From positions 1 to 35,200 of the forward strand of contig CALREG010000002.1 of assembly GCA_943355135.1 (NCBI GenBank): DNA of 35,200 bases. Reading direction: 5' to 3'. The notes under the pieces are model-generated. The model saw only the letters and a list, made by a program, of their open reading frames with translations. It did no database searches and had not been told where the DNA came from. Position 1 is the first letter of the stretch. Each line of letters opens with the position of its first letter. Positions 34,789 through 35,200 of this stretch are shown here, piece after piece. This stretch comes from Candidatus Nomurabacteria bacterium (GTDB taxonomy: Bacteria > Patescibacteriota > Minisyncoccia > Phycocordibacterales > SBAW01). The position numbers and the translations under genes are program-made.

Positions 34789-35200
34789 ATGACGCCTCCT
34801 TTTTTAAAAAAACCTTTTATCCGACTATGCCTTACGCTACTTGCAATTATCGTATGTTCCGTATCTGTCTATATCTACGTACGACACAGCTATACCTTTG
34901 CGCCCAGTCAAAACAAAGTACTAATTAGAAAAGAAACGTGGGATGCGTCGGCGGAAAAAAGACAATGGACGCTACGCATTGCCGCTGTCGGGCCAGAAAA
35001 AGCATACGCCGAATTTGTAGAAGCGTACCGCAACGGTCCAGAGATATCACATATTGCCATGCATCTGATGGGCGGGCTGCTGTATGAAGCACTTGGTATT
35101 TCTGCCATTGCGGTATGCGACAGCTCATTCGGCTTTGCCTGCTATCATCAATATGACCTTCAAGCATTCGCGGAACACGGCATAGGCGCAGTCACTGACA
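34789..35200 (+). CDS. Membrane-anchored hypothetical protein, partial (runs off the right edge)
   Basis: Absent from the ORF track because it is truncated. MTPPFLKKPFIRLCLTLLAIIVCSVSVYIYVRHSYTFAPSQNKVLIRKETWDASAEKRQWTLRIAAVGPEKAYAEFVEAYRNGPEISHIAMHLMGGLLYEALGISAIAVCDSSFGFACYHQYDLQAFAEHGIGAVTD..., open to the window end. Confidence 0.55.
   Translation, partial: MTPPFLKKPFIRLCLTLLAIIVCSVSVYIYVRHSYTFAPSQNKVLIRKETWDASAEKRQWTLRIAAVGPEKAYAEFVEAYRNGPEISHIAMHLMGGLLYEALGISAIAVCDSSFGFACYHQYDLQAFAEHGIGAVTD

Overview
This window looks like a compact bacterial chromosome segment. Gene content and style suggest a Patescibacteria/CPR (Parcubacteria-like) organism, but that is inference only and no search was run. 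From left to right it contains the items below.

- **tRNA-Met and homing endonuclease:** a partial membrane-protein gene, then a free-standing LAGLIDADG-like ORF divergent from an initiator-type tRNA-Met(CAU). The tRNA anticodon loop is split by a 221-nt ORF-less group I intron.
- **Housekeeping block:** two membrane proteins (one with an Rx4H HEPN-like motif), then gatA, gatC and ligA.
- **Type IV pilus cluster (6349-17650, minus strand):** pilM-N-O, a small ORF, pilB, pilT, pilC, two pilins, pilD and four minor pilins. No secretin is present. comF sits divergently next to it.
- **Regulators and small genes:** a hybrid PAS/GAF histidine kinase, an orphan 137-aa gene, tRNA-Ser(GCU), a PQ-loop protein, an ECF sigma/anti-sigma pair, a cupredoxin-like protein, malic enzyme, a GtrA-like protein and recG.
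- **tRNA-Ile and pyrB:** a rare tRNA-Ile(UAU), followed by a pyrB split by a frameshift at a (CG)4 run.
- **Right end:** ftsH, a fatty-acid-hydroxylase-like gene, smpB preceded by an overlapping mini-ORF, and ssrA (tmRNA). Downstream lie an inverted tRNA-like 3' fragment and four small single-gene promoter-ORF-terminator cassettes.

One theme recurs across the window. A TATACT-type -10 box sits 6-9 nt upstream of many first-gene ATGs and of two tRNA 5' ends, which suggests leaderless transcripts.

All calls come from reading the sequence and from remembered family signatures.
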